From Macrostomum lignano (taxonomy: Eukaryota): a DNA stretch of 36,174 nt. The stretch is taken from the NCBI GenBank assembly GCA_002269645.1, contig NIVC01003857.1, forward strand, positions 1 through 36,174, in the 5' to 3' direction. Made by a program: the position numbers and the translations under genes. Positions 33,312 through 36,174 of the stretch are shown in pieces. Below the pieces are notes generated by a model. It was not told the DNA's origin, ran no database searches, and worked only from the letters and a program-made list of their open reading frames with translations. Positions within the stretch are counted from its first letter, which is position 1. Each line of letters starts with the position of its first letter.

Positions 33312-33718
33312 CAGGGGTCAGCTCAGAATCCAGCTCATGGCTGCGGCCTAAATTAGAGAGGAAAGGAGAGGGAATAAAGGAGATAAGAGACGTGACAAGA
33401 TGAGAAAAGAGGGGAGAGACGAGAGAAGGGAGAGAAGAGAGGGGAGAGTGGAGAGAGGAGAGAGGGGAGAAGAGAGGTGGGAGAATAGAGGGAGAGAGGA
33501 GACAGAGGGGAGAGAGCAGAGAGAGAAGAGAGGAGAGAGGAGGAGAAGAGAGAGGGGAGTGGGTGGAGAGGAGAGAGGGGAGAGGTGCAGAGGGGAGAGA
33601 GGAGAGAAGAGACAAAAGCATTGAGCGGGCCGGATTGCTATTGTGAAGTTTCAACGGACCCGAGGGCCGGATAGAGGCTTTGCGGGCCGCATGGGGCGCC
33701 AGAGTTTGCCGACTCCTG
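33312..33718. mobile_element. hAT/Charlie-like MITE containing a GA-rich tract
   Basis: CAGGGGTC... and ...GTTTGCCGACTCCTG termini, GGGCCG subterminal motifs, and a near-TSD TCCTAGAG/ACCTAGAA with a CTAG core as in hAT-Charlie insertions. Confidence 0.65.
33358..33612. repeat. GA-rich polypurine low-complexity tract
   Basis: About 250 bp of almost only G and A on the plus strand. Confidence 0.95.
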
Positions 33719-33860
33719 ACCTAGAAAGTTCCTAGATAGACCCAAAATATTACTGTGAATATGAGACAGATATTGCTTCTTATTTGATTCTGAGAGACTT
33801 GAGTAGTTTCTGACCATACGGTGGATCCATTGCTGCAGGAACGAGTTCTCCATCTACCAG

Positions 33861-34505
33861 GACTCACTGAGCCAGAAGGTGGACGTGCTTGTTCTCATCA
33901 ATGACATCAACGATGAACAACCAAGCTGGCCAGTGGCTGGCAATGTCATTCGGGTCGAATTCCTCGACGGCGATGGGCCCGGCAAGAACAAATTTATCCT
34001 CAACGCGGTAGACAAAGACCTGGGCAAGAACGGCAGAGTTCGCTATAAGCTGAACAACCTTGGTGCGCCATTCTCGCTGAAGCAGACGGCGGAGGACAAC
34101 CGACTGTCACTGGAGACGTCGCGAATTATCGACCGAGAGGAGAAGGATTCGTACAACATGAGCCTCGTGGCAATCGACGAGGGAAACCCGCCGCTCACTG
34201 GTTCCATCATGCTGCAGGTGATCATCATCGACGTGAACGATCACGCGCCCGAGTTCGACCGCGCCTTCTACACGCCTCCCAAGCCGATCTACGAGAACGA
34301 GGTGGTGAACAGCGAAGTGCTGCAGCTGCAAGCCACGGACAGGGACTCCGGCGACTACGGCACCGTTGTTTACGACTTCGCTGCCACGGCCGGCGAGGAC
34401 CAGCAGGTGGCCAGGCAGTACCTGGCCGTGCTGGCAAACGGCAGAATCATCATTCGCAAGCCGCTAGACTATGATCGAATGACCAAGAAGTACTTTCTGT
34501 TTGAG
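33861..34505 (+). CDS. Protocadherin-like exon (about two extracellular cadherin repeats), phase 0-0
   Basis: ctaccag|GAC...TTT GAG|gtatgt, 645 bp. Ca-binding motifs DINDEQP, AVDKD, IDRE, AIDEGNPPL, DVNDHAPEF, ATDRD and LDYD. Confidence 0.93.
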
Positions 34506-34593
34506 GTATGTGCAACTCTCAGAAATAAAATATTCCAACTGAACAAACACGTTTGTGAATTAAAATTAGCAAAAATTCGATTTGCTTTTGCAG

Positions 34594-34963
34594 GTGATTG
34601 CCAGGGATAATGCTCGCGACAAGGAGTACCGCAAAACGGCCACAGCCACCGTCAGCATTTCGGTGCTGGACAGAGTCGACGAAGCGCCCACCATCGAGAC
34701 CTGCTTCCTGCCGTCTGGATGCACTGCCAGCCCATCAGCGCCAAGCATTCCAGAGAACCTGGCGCTGAGAAGCAAGATTGGCCGAGGTCATTGTTCGCGA
34801 CCTGGACACGGGCGACCATGTCCAGTGTGAGACCGTTCTGAGTGACAATCAGCCGCCTTCGCACCTGCAGGTTGGAGGCCTGAGCGAGCACGGGCAAGAG
34901 GTGCCTTTTATTCTGCTGTCCTCCAGTGTCAACTACGGATCATCGGCACCCACCGATTCCACG
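34594..34963 (+). CDS. Next protocadherin-like exon, with a +1 frameshift near 34780
   Basis: ttttgcag|GTG ATT GCC AGG GAT...TCC ACG|gtaagg. Encodes VIARD...VLDRVDEAP...IPEN, then AEVIVRDLDTG in a shifted frame. Length 370 = 3n+1. Confidence 0.85.
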
Positions 34964-36174
34964 GTAAGGAAGAGTCAGTGAGCTTTCAGAGCTTTCCCAA
35001 GCTGAAATGCCTGGGAGTCTTCCATTCTTAGGAGCTCTTTTTAGCGATGCTCCAATGTACCCAATGCAGTAAGCTATCTGATTTTCTCAACTTTGGATTC
35101 TCAGGTAGATCATTCCGAATAGCTGAATAGGTTTCGCACCTCAGCCTAATCCACAAGAATAGCTATTGAAATCAATCAATTGCAAAAACCAGAAAATAAA
35201 GAGGAATTTTTTCTACTCATGAAAAACTGAAGTTAATTAAGAAATCGTTTCTTTGAAAAAATGATAAACGCTCAATCAAGCGAAAACAGTCGTGCTGAGT
35301 CAGTGCGGGCAGAGCTAATTCTTGTGATAGCCAAGGATCGCTTGAATCTCTGAAAACAGCACCGTTTTCTCTGTTTTAATCTGTCAGCCCGCAGTTATTT
35401 GCACGCAGAATTGCGTTTTTAGGCCCCTATATTTTTTGTTCTGAAAGCTGAATTCCCTTCTCCTCCATGGGGACAACGGGCCGTCAATGCCGAGTTGTCT
35501 CCGCGAGGGGATTATGAGATTGCTTCATGTGCTCCCTCTGACCCTTCATTCTCATTTCCAAGAATCGATTTGCAGAAAGAAAAGGAGGCAGAGAAAGGGT
35601 GCAATGGCTTTAATCTAAAAATCATGGAGCATAGCACAGGCCCTTTTAACGGTGCTCTGATTGCGAAAATCGGCCATGCTCTCCTCAGTTTTTCCCCACG
35701 CGTCAAATCACGAATTGACGGTCTGTGCGTACAGCAGCCTTGCAATCATTATTTAAATTGCCCGGTGCAAAATTGCAAAGCGCTACTCGATAATTGGACA
35801 GCAAAGTCAAGCCTCCGGGGAGACAAGAATCTCGCTACTAAGTTATGGGCATGAGTTCAACCGTTTCGTCTACGTTCTATTGAGCAGTCGTTGAAGTGTA
35901 TCGGTCCGTAGAAAAAATAACTCTTCTTTACTTTCGACACATTAGTAGGTATGAATTCATGTGTATCTCCATCAGAAAAAGCGATATAAATAGAAGTTAT
36001 TAGGCACGGATTAATGAAGCCAGTTGCACCGATGTCAACATCTGCTTTCAACTACTAATGAAGAGAAGCCATATCTATTGCGTCATTGGCTTTTGCAGAG
36101 AGGCTAGGAATGATAAGAAGCCTTACCAAAGAAGACGGCATTAAAATTAGAGACCAAAAAATGAAAAGATGACA

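Noticed and set aside
33289-33654. Ser/Leu/Pro-rich and Arg/Glu/Gly-rich ORFs
   Set aside because: These are translations of the GA polypurine tract.
35495-36051. 119-aa and 64-aa ORFs after the cadherin exons
   Set aside because: No cadherin or other recognisable motifs, and no clear splice boundaries.

Overview
Eukaryotic (metazoan, probably invertebrate) genomic DNA with spliceosomal introns. A flatworm origin is plausible but cannot be shown from the sequence. Left to right: (1) a decayed, internally deleted Ty3/Gypsy element on the minus strand (1716-4813) whose two LTRs do not match; (2) 20-bp and 25-bp minisatellites; (3) a minus-strand gene made of four tandem cassettes, each a 12-nt microexon plus a phase-1 WSC-domain exon, which splice in frame to (EHPNF-KLxGCY...WSC)n. 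The WSC loops vary strongly while part of the intervening intron is nearly invariant, and a CORE-SINE and a solo LTR sit in its introns; (4) a second copy of that LTR; (5) an 11.8-kb array of about 18 copies of a 663-bp unit with an ORF remnant and an apparent 73-nt intron; (6) a hAT-like MITE; (7) two exons of a protocadherin-like gene on the plus strand, one with a +1 frameshift. The WSC/microexon array is the most interesting system. Its 5' exon could not be identified.
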